A stretch of 64,000 bases of DNA, taken from assembly GCA_964016885.1 (NCBI GenBank), contig OZ024744.1:129642001-129706000 (forward strand), read 5' to 3'. A model generated the notes under the pieces. The model had not been told where the DNA came from. It saw only the letters and a list, made by a program, of their open reading frames with translations, and ran no database searches. Positions within the stretch are counted from its first letter, which is position 1. Every line of letters begins with the position of its first letter. The stretch is from Eledone cirrhosa. Lineage: Eukaryota. Both the position numbers and the translations under genes were made by a program. Shown here piece after piece: positions 1-11,559 of the stretch.

Positions 1-3000
1 AGTTAATTCGGGGTTAAGTTAAGTTGGGGTTAACTTAAGTTGGGTTTAATTTAAGTTGGGGTTAAGTTAAGTTGGGGTTATAATTAAGTTGGGGTTAAGT
101 TAAGTTGGGGGTAAGATAAGTTGGGGTTAGTTAAGTTGCGGTTAAGTTAAGTTGGGGTTAAGTTAAGTTGGGGTTAAGTTAAGTTGGGGTTAAGTTAAGT
201 TGGGGTTAATTTAAGTTGGGGTTAATTTAAGTTGGGGTAAAGTTAAGTTGGGGGTAAGTTAAGTTGGGGTTAAGTTAAGTTGGGGTTAAGTTGGGGTTAA
301 GTTAAGTTAGGGTTAACTTAAGTTGGGGTTGTGTTAAGTGGTGGTTATGTTAAGTGGTGCTTATGTTAAGTTGGGGTTAAGTTAAGTTGGGGTTAAGTTA
401 AATTGGGGTTAAGTTAAGTTGCGGTTAAGTTAAGTTGGGGTTAAGTTAAGTTGGGGTTAAGTTAATTAGGGTTAAGTTAAGTTGGGGTTAAGTTAAGTTG
501 GGGTTAAGTTAAGTTGGGGTTAAGTTAATTTGTGGTTAAGTTAAGTTGGGGTTAAGTTAAGTTGGGGTTAAGTTAAGTTGGGGATAAGTTAAGTTGAGGA
601 TAATTTAAGTTGGGGTTAATAAAGTTGGCTTTAAGTTAAGTTGGGGTTAAGTTAAGTTGGGGTTAAGTTAAGTTGGGGTTAAGTTAAGTTGGTTAGTTAA
701 GTTGAGTTTAAGTTAAGTTGGGGTTAATTTAAGTTGGGGTTAAGTTAAGTTGGGGTTAAGTTAAGTTGGGGTTAAGTTAAGTTGGGGTTCAGTTAAGTTG
801 GGGTTAAGTTAAGTTGGGGTTAAGTTGGGGTAAAATTAAGTTGGGGTTAAGTTAAGTTGCGGTTAAGTTAAGTTGAGGTTAAGTTAAGTTGGGGTTAAGT
901 TAAGTTGGGGTTAAGTGAAGTTGGGGCTAAGTTAAGTTGGAGGTAAGTTAAGTTGGGGCTAAGTTAAGTTGGGGTTAAGTTAAGTTGGGGTTAAGTTAAG
1001 GTGGGGATAAGTTAAGTTGGGGTCAACTTAAGTTGGGGTTAATTTAAGTTGGGGTTAACTTAAGTTGGGGTTAAGTTAAGTTGGGGTTAAGTTAAGTTGG
1101 GGTTAAGTTAAGTTGGGGTTACGTTAAGTTGGGGGTAAGTTAAGTTGGGGTTAATTTAATTTGGGGTTAATTTAATTTGGGGTTAAGTTAAGTTAGGGTT
1201 AAGTTAAGTTGGGGTTGAGTTAAGTTGGGGTTAAGTTAAGTTGGGGTTATGTTAAGTTGGGGTTAAGTTAAGTTGGGGTTAAGTTAAGTTGGGGTTGAGT
1301 TAAGTTGGGGTTAAGTTAAGTTGGGGTTATGTTAAGTTGGGGTTAAGTTAAGTTGGGGTTAAGTTAAGTTGGGGTTCAATTAAGTTGCGGTTAATTTAAG
1401 TTGGGGTTAAGTTAAGTTGGGGTTAAGTTAAGTTGGGGTTAAGTTAAGTTGGGGTTAAATTAAGTTGGGGTTAAATTAAGTTGGGGTTAAGTTAAGTTGG
1501 GGTTATGTTAAGTTGGTGTTAAGTTAAGTTGGGGTTAAGTTAAGTTGGGGTTAAGTTAGGTTGGTGTTAATTTAAGTTGGGGTTAAGTTAAGTTGGGGTT
1601 AAGTTAAGTTGGTTAGTTAAGTTGAGTTTAAGTTAAGTTGGGGTTAATTTAAGTTGGGGTTAAGTTAAGTTGGGGTTAAGTTAAGTTGGGGTTAAGTTAA
1701 GTTGGGGTTCAGTTAAGTTGGGGTTAAGTTAAGTTGGGGTTAAGTTAAGTTGCGGTTAAGTTAAGTTGCCGTTAAGTTAAGTTGAGGTTAAGTTAAGTTG
1801 GGGTTAAGTTAAGTTGGGGTTAAGTTAAGTTGGGGCTAAGTTAAGTTGGGGCTGAGTTAAGTTGGGGCTAAGTTAAGTTGGGGTTAAGTTAAATTTGGGT
1901 TAAGTTAAGTTGGGTTTGAGTTAAGTTGGGGTTAATTAAGTTGGGGTTAAGTTAAGTTGGGGTTAAGTTAAGTTGGGTTTAAGTTGGGGTTAAGTTAAGT
2001 TGCGGTTAAGTTAAGTTGATGTTAAGTTAAGTTGGGGTTAAGTTAAGTTGGGGTTAAGTTAAGTTGGGGCTAAGTTAAGTTGGAGCTAAGTTAAGTTGGG
2101 GCTAGGTTAAGTTGGGGTTAAGTTAAGTTGGGGTTAAGTTAAGGTGGGGTTAAGTTAAGTTGGGGTCAACTTAAGTTGGGGTTAAGTTAAGTTGGGTTTA
2201 ACTTAAGTTGGGGTTAAGTTAAGTTGGGGTTAACTTAAGTTGGGGTTAAGTTAAGTTGGGGTTACGTTAAGTTGGGGGTAAGTCAAGTTGGTGGTAAGTT
2301 AAGTTGGGGGTAAGTTAAGATGGGGTTAAGTTAAGTTGGGGTTAATTTAATTTGGGGTTAAGTTAAGTTAGGGTTAAGTTAAGTTGGGGTTGAGTTAAGT
2401 TGGGGTTAAGTTAAGTTGGGGTTATGTTAAGTTGGGGTTAAGTTAAGTTGGGGTTAAGTTAAGTTGGGGTTCAATTAAGTTGCGGATAATTTAAGTTGGG
2501 GTTAAGTTAAGTTGGGGTTAAGTTAAGTTGGGGTTAAGTTAAGTTGGGGTTAAATTAAGTTGGGGTTATGTTAAGTTGGTGTTAAGTTAAGTTGGGGTTA
2601 AGTTAAGTTGGGGTTAAGTTAGGTTAGTGTTAATTTAAGTTGGGGGTAAGTTAAGTTGGGGGTAAGTTAAGTTGGTGTTAAGTTAAGTTGGGGTTAAGTT
2701 AAGTTGGGGTTAAGTTAAGTTGGGTTTGAGTTAAGTTGGGGCTAAGTTAAGTTAGGGCTAAGTTAAGTTGGGGTTAAGTTAAGTTGGGGTTAATTTAAGT
2801 TGGGGTTACATTAAGTTGAGGTTAAGTTAAGTTGTGGTTAAGTTAAGTTAGGGTTAATTTAAGTTAGGGTTATGTTAAGTTGGAGTTAAGTTAAGTTGGG
2901 GTTAAGTTAGGTTGGTGTTAAGTTAAGTTGGGGTTAAGTTAATTTGTGGTTAAGTTAAGTTGGGGTTAAGTTAAGTTGGGGTTAAGTTCAGTCGGGGTTA

Positions 3001-3499
3001 ATTTAAGTCGGGGTTAAGTTAAGTTGGGGTTAAGTTAAGTTGGGGTTAAGTTAAGTTGGGGTTGAGTTAAGTTGGGGTTAAGTTAAGGTGGGGTTAAAAT
3101 AAGTTGGGGTTAAGTTAAGTTGGGGTTGAGTTACGTTGGGGTTGAGTTAATTTGGGGTTAAGTTAAGTTGGGGTTAACTTAAGTTGGGTTTAATTTAAGT
3201 TGGGGTTAATTTAAGTTGGGGTTAAATTAAGTTGGGGTTAAATTAAGTTGGGGTTAATTTAAGTTGGGGGTAAGATAAGTTGGGGTTAGTTAAGTTGCGG
3301 TTAAGTTAAGTTGGGGTTAAGTTAAGTTGGGGTTAATTTAAGTTGGGGTTAATTTAAGTTGGGGTTAAGTTAAGTTGGGGTTAATTTAAGTTGGGGTTAA
3401 TTTAAGTTGGGGTTAAGTTAAGTTAGGGTTAAGTTAAGTTGGGGTTGAGTTAAGTTGGGGTTAAGTTAAGTTGGGGTTATGTTAAGTTGGGGTTAAGTT

Positions 3500-4070
3500 A
3501 AGTTGGGGTTAAGTTAAGTTGGGGTTCAATTAAGTTGCGGATAATTTAAGTTAGGGTTAAGTTAAGTTGGGGTTAAATTAAGTTGGGGTTAAGTTAAGTT
3601 GGGGTTATGTTAAGTTGGTGTTAAGTTAAGTTGGGGTTAAGTTAAGTTGGGGTTAAGTTAGGTTGGTGTTAATTTAAGTTGGGTGTAAGTTAAGTTGGGG
3701 GTAAGTTAAGTTGGTGTTAAGTTAAGTTGGGGTTAAGTTAAGTTGGGGTTAAGTTAAGTTGGGTTTAAGTTAAGTTGGGGTTAAGTTAAGTTGGGGTTAA
3801 GTTAAGTTGGGGTTCAATTAAGTTGCGGATAATTTAAGTTAGGGTTAAGTTAAGTTGGGGTTAAATTAAGTTGGGGTTAAGTTAAGTTGGGGTTATGTTA
3901 AGTTGGTGTTAAGTTAAGTTGGGGTTAAGTTAAGTTGGGGTTAAGTTAGGTTGGTGTTAATTTAAGTTGGGTGTAAGTTAAGTTGGGGGTAAGTTAAGTT
4001 GGTGTTAAGTTAAGTTGGGGTTAAGTTAAGTTGGGGTTAAGTTAAGTTGGGTTTAAGTTAAGTTGGGGCT
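3500..4070 (+). repeat. Local 288-bp (18-monomer) tandem duplication
   Basis: TTCAATTAAGTTGCGGATAATTTAAGTTAGGG at 3525 and 3813, and the private variant GGGTGTAAG at 3681 and 3969, both at offset 288. Confidence 0.9.
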
Positions 4071-7000
4071 AAGTTAAGTTAGGGCTAAGTTAAGTTGGGG
4101 TTAAGTAAAGTTAGGGCTAAGTTAAGTTGGGGTTAAGTTAAGTTGGGGTTAATTTAAGTTGGGGTTACATTAAGTTGATGTTAAGTTAAGTTGGGGTTAA
4201 GTTAAGTTGGGGTTAAGTTAAGTTGGGGTTAAATTAAGTTGGGGTTAAATTAAGTTGGGGTTAAGTTAAGTTGGGTTAAGTTAGGTTGGTGTTAAGTTAA
4301 GTTGGGGTTAAGTTAATTTGTGGTTAAGTTAAGTTGGGGTTAAGTTAAGTTGGGGTTAAGTTCAGTCGGGGTTAAGTTAAGTCGGGGTTAAGTTAAGTTG
4401 GGGTTAAGTTAAGTTGCGGTTAAGTTAAGTTGGGGTTAAGTTAAGTTGGGGTTAAGTTAATTAGGGTTAAGTTAAGTTGGGGTTAAGTTAAGTTGGGGTT
4501 AAGTTAAGTTGGGGTTAAGTTAGGTCGGTGTTAAGTTAAGTTGGGGTTAAGTTAATTTGTGGTTAAGTTAAGTTGGGGTTACATTAAGTTGAGGTTAAGT
4601 TAAGTTGTGGTTAAGTTAAGTTAGGGTTAATTTAAGTTAGGGTTATGTTAAGTTGGGGTTAAGTTAAGTTGGAGTTAAGTTAGGTTGGTGTTAAGTTAAG
4701 TTGGGGTTAAGTTAAGTTGTGGTTAAGTTCAGTCGGGGTTAAGTTAAGTCGGGGTTAAGTTAAGTTGGGGTTAAGTTAAGTTGAGGTTAAAGTTAAGTAG
4801 GGGTTAAATTACGTTGGGGTTAAGTTAAGTTGGGGTTAAGTTAAGTTGGGGTTAAGTTAAGTTGGGGTTAAGTTAAGTTGGGGCTAAGTTAAGTTGGGGC
4901 TAAGTTAAGTTGGGGCTAAGTTAAGTTGGGGTTAAGTTAAGGTGGGGTTAAGTTAAGTTGGGGTCAACTTAAGTTGGGGTTAAGTTAAGTTGGGGTTAAG
5001 TTAAGTTGGGGTTAAGTTAAGTTGGGGTTAAGTTAAGTTGGGGTTACGTTAAGTTGGGGGTAAGTTAAGTTGGTGGTAAGTTAAGTTGGGGGTAAGTTAA
5101 GATGGGGTTAAGTTAAGTTGGGGTTAATTTAATTTGGGGTTAAGTTAAGTTAGGGTTAAGTTAAGTTGGGGTTATGTTAAGTTGGGGTTAAGTTAAGTTG
5201 GGGTTAAGTTAAGTTGGGGTTCAATTAAGTTGCGGTTAATTTAAGTTGGGTTTAAGTTAAGTTGGGGTTAAGTTAAGTTGGGGTTATGTTAAGTTGGTGT
5301 TAAGTTAAGTTGGGGTTAAGTTAAGTTGGGGTTAAGTTAAGTTGGGGTTAAGTTAGGTTGGTGTTAAGTTAAGTTGGCGGTAAGTTAAGTTGGGGGTAAG
5401 TTAAGTTGGTGTTAAGTTATGTTGGGGTTAAGTTAAGTTGGGGTTAAGTTAAGTTGGGTTTAAGTTAAGTTGGGGCTAAGTTAAGTTAGGGCTAAGTTAA
5501 GTTGGGGTTAAGTAAAGTTAGGGCTAAGTTAAGTTGGGGTTAAGTTAAGTTGGGGTTAAGTTAAGTTGGGGTTACATTAAGTTGAGGTTAAGTTAAGTTG
5601 GGGTTAAGTTAAGTTGGGTTTAAGTTAAGTTGGGGCTAAGTTAAGTTAGGGCTAAGTTAAGTTGGGGCTGAGTTAAGTTGGGGTTAAGTTAAGTTGGGGT
5701 TGAGTTAAGTTGGGGTTAAGTTAAGTTGGGGTTAAGTTAAGTTGGGGCTGAGTTAAGTTGGGGTTACGTTAAGTTGGGGTTAAGGTAAGTTGGGGTTAAG
5801 TTAAGTTCGGGTTAAGTTAAGTTGGTGTTAAGTTAAGTTGGGGCTGAGTTAAGTTGGGGCTAAGCTAAGTTGGGTCTAAGTTAAGTTGGGGTTAAGTTAA
5901 GTTGGGGTTAAGTTAAGTTGGTGTTAAATTAAGTTGGGGTTAAGTTAAGTTGGTGTTAAGTTAAGTTGGGGTTAAGTTAAGTTGGGGTTAATTAAGTTGG
6001 GGTTAAGTTAAGTTGGGGTTAAGTTAATTGGGGTTAAATTAAGTTAGGGTTGAGTTAAGTTGGGGTTAAGTTAAGTTGGGGTTATATTAAGTTGGGGTTA
6101 AGTTAAGTTGGGGTTAAGTAAAGTTGGGGTTCAGTTAAGTTGCGGTTAAGTTAAGTTGGGGTTAAGTTAAGTTAGGCTTAACTTAAGTTGGGGTTAAGTT
6201 AAGTTGGGGGTGAGTTAAGTTGGGGGTAAGTTAAGTTGGGGTTAAGTTAAGTTGGGGTTAAGTTGGGGTTAAGTTAATTTAGGGTTAAGTTAAGTTGGGG
6301 TTGAGTTAAGTTGGGGTTAAGTTAAGTGGTGGTTATGTTAAGTTGGGGTTAAGTTAAGTTGGGGTTAATTTAAATTGGGGTTAATTTAACTTTGTGGTTA
6401 AGTTAAGTTGGGGTTAATTTAAGTTGGGTTTAAGTTAAGTTGGGGTTAATTTAATTTGTGGTTAAGTTAAGTTGGGGTTAAGTTAAGTTGGGGTTGAGTT
6501 AAGCTGGGGTTAAGTTAAGTTGGGGTTAAAATAAGTTAGGGTTAAGTTAAGTTGGGGTTGAGTTAAGTTGGGGTTGAGTTAATTCGGGGTTAAGTTAAGT
6601 TGGGGTTAACTTAAGTTGGGTTTAATTTAAGTTGGGGTTAAGTTAAGTTGGGGTTATAATTAAGTTGGGGTTAAGTTAAGTTGGGGGTAAGATAAGTTGG
6701 GGTTAGTTAAGTTGCGGTTAAGTTAAGTTGGGGTTAAGTTAAGTTGGGGTTAAGTTAAGTTGGGGTTAAGTTAAGTTGGGGTTAATTTAAGTTGGGGTTA
6801 ATTTAAGTTGGGGTAAAGTTAAGTTGGGGGTAAGTTAAGTTGGGGTTAAGTTAAGTTGGGGTTAAGTTGGGGTTAAGTTAAGTTAGGGTTAACTTAAGTT
6901 GGGGTTGTGTTAAGTGGTGGTTATGTTAATTGGTGCTTATGTTAAGTTGGGGTTAAGTTAAGTTGGGGTTAAGTTAAATTGGGGTTAAGTTAAGTTGCGG

Positions 7001-7479
7001 TTAAGTTAAGTTGGGGTTAAGTTAAGTTGGGGTTAAGTTAATTAGGGTTAAGTTAAGTTGGGGTTAAGTTAAGTTGGGGTTAAGTTAAGTTGGGGTTAAG
7101 TTAATTTGTGGTTAAGTTAAGTTGGGGTTAAGTTAAGTTGGGGTTAAGTTAAGTTGGGGATAAGTTAAGTTGAGGATAATTTAAGTTGGGGTTAATTAAG
7201 TTGGCTTTAAGTTAAGTTGGGGTTAAGTTAAGTTGGGGTTAAGTTAAGTTGGTTAGTTAAGTTGAGTTTAAGTTAAGTTGGGGTTAATTTAAGTTGGGGT
7301 TAAGTTAAGTTGGGGTTAAGTTAAGTTGGGGTTAAGTTAAGTTGGGGTTCAGTTAAGTTGGGGTTAAGTTAAGTTGGGGTTAAGTTGGGGTAAAATTAAG
7401 TTGGGGTTAAGTTAAGTTGCGGTTAAGTTAAGTTGAGGTTAAGTTAAGTTGGGGTTAAGTTAAGTTGGGGTTAAGTGAA

Positions 7480-9150
7480 GTTGGGGCTAAGTTAAGTTGG
7501 AGCTAAGTTAAGTTGGGGCTAAGTTAAGTTGGGGTTAAGTTAAGTTGGGGTTAAGTTAAGGTGGGGATAAGTTAAGTTGGGGTCAACTTAAGTTGGGGTT
7601 AATTTAAGTTGGGGTTAACTTAAGTTGGGGTTAAGTTAAGTTGGGGTTAAGTTAAGTTGGGGTTAAGTTAAGTTGGGGTTACGTTAAGTTGGGGGTAAGT
7701 TAAGTTGGTGGTAAGTTAAGTTGGGGGTAAGTTAAGATGGGGTTAAGTTAAGTTGGGGTTAATTTAATTTGGGGTTAAGTTAAGTTAGGGTTAAGTTAAG
7801 TTGGGGTTGAGTTAAGTTGGGGTTAAGTTAAGTTGGGGTTATGTTAAGTTGGGGTTAAGTTAAGTTGGGGTTAAGTTAAGTTGGGGTTCAATTAAGTTGC
7901 GGTTAATTTAAGTTGGGGTTAAGTTAAGTTGGGGTTAAGTTAAGTTGGGGTTAAGTTAAGTTGGGGTTAAATTAAGTTGGGGTTAAATTAAGTTGGGGTT
8001 AAGTTAAGTTGGGGTTATGTTAAGTTGGTGTTAAGTTAAGTTGGGGTTAAGTTAAGTTGGGGTTAAGTTAGGTTGGTGTTAATTTAAGTTGGGGTTAAGT
8101 TAAGTTGGGGTTAAGTTAAGTTGGTTAGTTAAGTTGAGTTTAAGTTAAGTTGGGGTTAATTTAAGTTGGGGTTAAGTTAAGTTGGGGTTAAGTTAAGTTG
8201 GGGTTAAGTTAAGTTGGGGTTCAGTTAAGTTGGGGTTAAGTTAAGTTGGGGTTAAGTTAAGTTGCGGTTAAGTTAAGTTGCCGTTAAGTTAAGTTGAGGT
8301 TAAGTTAAGTTGGGGTTAAGTTAAGTTGGGGTTAAGTTAAGTTGGGGCTAAGTTAAGTTGGGGCTGAGTTAAGTTGGGGCTAAGTTAAGTTGGGGTTAAG
8401 TTAACTTTGGGTTAAGTTAAGTTGGGTTTGAGTTAAGTTGGGGTTAATTAAGTTGGGGTTAAGTTAAGTTGGGGTTAAGTTAAGTTGGGTTTAAGTTGGG
8501 GTTAAGTTAAGTTGCGGTTAAGTTAAGTTGATGTTAAGTTAAGTTGGGGTTAAGTTAAGTTGGGGTTAAGTTAAGTTGGGGCTAAGTTAAGTTGGAGCTA
8601 AGTTAAGTTGGGGCTAGGTTAAGTTGGGGTTAAGTTAAGTTGGGGTTAAGTTAAGGTGGGGTTAAGTTAAGTTGGGGTCAACTTAAGTTGGGGTTAAGTT
8701 AAGTTGGGTTTAACTTAAGTTGGGGTTAAGTTAAGTTGGGGTTAAGTTAAGTTGGGGTTAAGTTAAGTTGGGGTTACGTTAAGTTGGGGGTAAGTCAAGT
8801 TGGTGGTAAGTTAAGTTGGGGGTAAGTTAAGATGGGGTTAAGTTAAGTTGGGGTTAATTTAATTTGGGGTTAAGTTAAGTTAGGGTTAAGTTAAGTTGGG
8901 GTTGAGTTAAGTTGGGGTTAAGTTAAGTTGGGGTTATGTTAAGTTGGGGTTAAGTTAAGTTGGGGTTAAGTTAAGTTGGGGTTCAATTAAGTTGCGGATA
9001 ATTTAAGTTGGGGTTAAGTTAAGTTGGGGTTAAGTTAAGTTGGGGTTAAGTTAAGTTGGGGTTAAATTAAGTTGGGGTTATGTTAAGTTGGTGTTAAGTT
9101 AAGTTGGGGTTAAGTTAAGTTGGGGTTAAGTTAGGTTGGTGTTAATTTAA
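7480..9150 (+). repeat. Older ~1.1 kb internal sub-repeat inside the 6.5-7.4 kb block
   Basis: The ordered cassette GGAGCTAAG..AAGGTGGGG..GGTCAACTT..TTACGTT..GATGGGG..TTCAATT occurs twice. GATGGGG is at 7736 and 8831 (offset 1095), and again at 32446 and 33541. Confidence 0.8.
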
Positions 9151-11559
9151 GTTGGGGGTAAGTTAAGTTGGGGGTAAGTTAAGTTGGTGTTAAGTTAAGT
9201 TGGGGTTAAGTTAAGTTGGGGTTAAGTTAAGTTGGGTTTAAGTTAAGTTGGGGCTAAGTTAAGTTAGGGCTAAGTTAAGTTGGGGTTAAGTAAAGTTAGG
9301 GCTAAGTTAAGTTGGAGTTAAGTTAAGTTGGGGTTAATTTAAGTTGGGGTTACATTAAGTTGATGTTAAGTTAAGTTGGGGTTAAGTTAAGTTGGGGTTA
9401 AGTTAAGTTGGGGTTAAATTAAGTTGGGGTTAAATTAAGTTGGGGTTAAGTTAAGTTGGGGTTAAGTTAGGTTGGTGTTAAGTTAAGTTGGGGTTAAGTT
9501 AATTTGTGGTTAAGTTAAGTTGGGGTTAAGTTAAGTTGGGGTTAAGTTCAGTCGGGGTTAAGTTAAGTCGGGGTTAAGTTAAGTTGGGGTTAAGTTAAGT
9601 TGCGGTTAAGTTAAGTTGGGGTTAAGTTAAGTTGGGGTTAAGTTAATTAGGGTTAAGTTAAGTTGGGGTTAAGTTAAGTTGGGGTTAAGTTAAGTTGGGG
9701 TTAAGTTAAGTTGGGTTTAAGTTAAGTTGGGGCTAAGTTAAGTTAGGGCTAAGTTAAGTTGGGGTTAAGTTAAGTTGGGGTTAATTTAAGTTGGGGTTAC
9801 ATTAAGTTGAGGTTAAGTTAAGTTGTGGTTAAGTTAAGTTAGGGTTAATTTAAGTTAGGGTTATGTTAAGTTGGAGTTAAGTTAAGTTGGGGTTAAGTTA
9901 GGTTGGTGTTAAGTTAAGTTGGGGTTAAGTTAATTTGTGGTTAAGTTAAGTTGGGGTTAAGTTAAGTTGGGGTTAAGTTCAGTCGGGGTTAATTTAAGTC
10001 GGGGTTAAGTTAAGTTGGGGTTAAGTTAAGTTGGGGTTAAGTTAAGTTGGGGTTGAGTTAAGTTGGGGTTAAGTTAAGGTGGGGTTAAAATAAGTTGGGG
10101 TTAAGTTAAGTTGGGGTTGAGTTAAGTTGGGGTTGAGTTAATTTGGGGTTAAGTTAAGTTGGGGTTAAGTTAAGTTGGGTTTAATTTAAGTTGGGGTTAA
10201 TTTAAGTTGGGGTTAAATTAAGTTGGGGTTAAATTAAGTTGGGGTTAAGTTAAGTTGGGGGTAAGATAAGTTGGGGTTAGTTAAGTTGCGGTTAAGTTAA
10301 GTTGGGGTTAAGTTAAGTTGGGGTTAATTTAAGTTGGGGTTAATTTAAGTTGGGGTTAAGTTAAGTTGGGGTTAATTTAAGTTGGGGTTAATTTAAGTTG
10401 GGGTTAAGTTAAGTTGGGGTTAAGTTAAGTTGGGGTAAAGTTAAGTTGGGGTTAAGTTAAGTTGGGGTTAAGTTAAGTTGGGGTTAAGTTGGGGTTAAGT
10501 TAAGTTAGGGTTAACTTAAGTTGGGGTTGTGTTAAGTGGTGGTTATGTTAAGTGGTGGTTATGTTAAGTTGGGGTTAAGTTAAGTTGGGGTTAAGTTAAA
10601 TTGGGGTTAAGTTAAGTTGCGGTTAAGTTAAGTTGGGGTTAAGTTAAGTTGGGGTTAAGTTAATTAGGGTTAAGTTAAGTTGGGGTTAAGTTAAGTTGGG
10701 GTTAAGTTAAGTTGGGGTTAAGTTAAGTTGGGGTTAAGTTAAGTTGGGGTTAAGATAAGTTGGGGTTAAGTTAAGTCGGGGTTAAGTTAAGTTAGGGTTA
10801 AGTTAAGTTGGGGTTAATTTAAGTTGGGGTTAAGTTAAGTTGGGGTTAAGTTAAGTTGGGGTTAAGTTAAGTTGAGGTTAAAGTTAAGTAGGGGTTAAAT
10901 TATGTTGGGGTTAATTTAAGTTGGGGTTAAGTTAAGTTGGGGTTAAGTTAAGTTGGGGATAAGTTAAGTTGGGGATAAGTTAAGTTGGGGTTAATTAAGT
11001 TGGGTTTAAGTTAAGTTGGGGTTAAGTTAAGTTGGGGTTAAGTTAAGTTGGGGTTAAGTTAAGTTGGTTAGTTAAGTTGAGTTTAAGTTAAGTTGGGCTT
11101 AATTTAAGTTGGGGTTAAGTTAAGTTGGGGTTAAGTTAAGTTGGGGTTAAGTTAAGTTGGGGTTAAGTTAAGTTGGGGTTCAGTCAAGTTGGGGTTAAGT
11201 TAAGTTGGGGTTAAGTTGGGGTAAAATTAAGTTGGGGTTAAGTTAAGTTGGGGTTAAGTTAAGTTGGGGTTAAGTTAAGTTGGGGTTAAGTTAAGTTGCG
11301 GTTAAGTTAAGTTGAGGTTAAATTAAGTTGGGGTTAAGTTAAGTTGGGGTTAATTTAAGTTGGGGCTAAGTTAAGTTGGGGCTAAGTTAAGTTGGGGCTA
11401 AGTTAAGTTGGGGTTAAGTTAACTTTGGGTTAAGTTAAGTTGGGTTTGAGTTAAGTTGGGGTTAATTAGGTTGGGGTTAAGTTAAGTTGGGGTTAAGTTA
11501 AGTTGGGGTTAAGTTAAGTTGGTGTTAAGTTAAGTTGCGGTTAAGTTAAGTTGATGTTA

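Noticed and set aside
32-41. Palindrome AACTTAAGTT as an operator or hairpin
   Set aside because: It arises from one G>C change in the consensus and recurs only through block duplication. No evidence of function.
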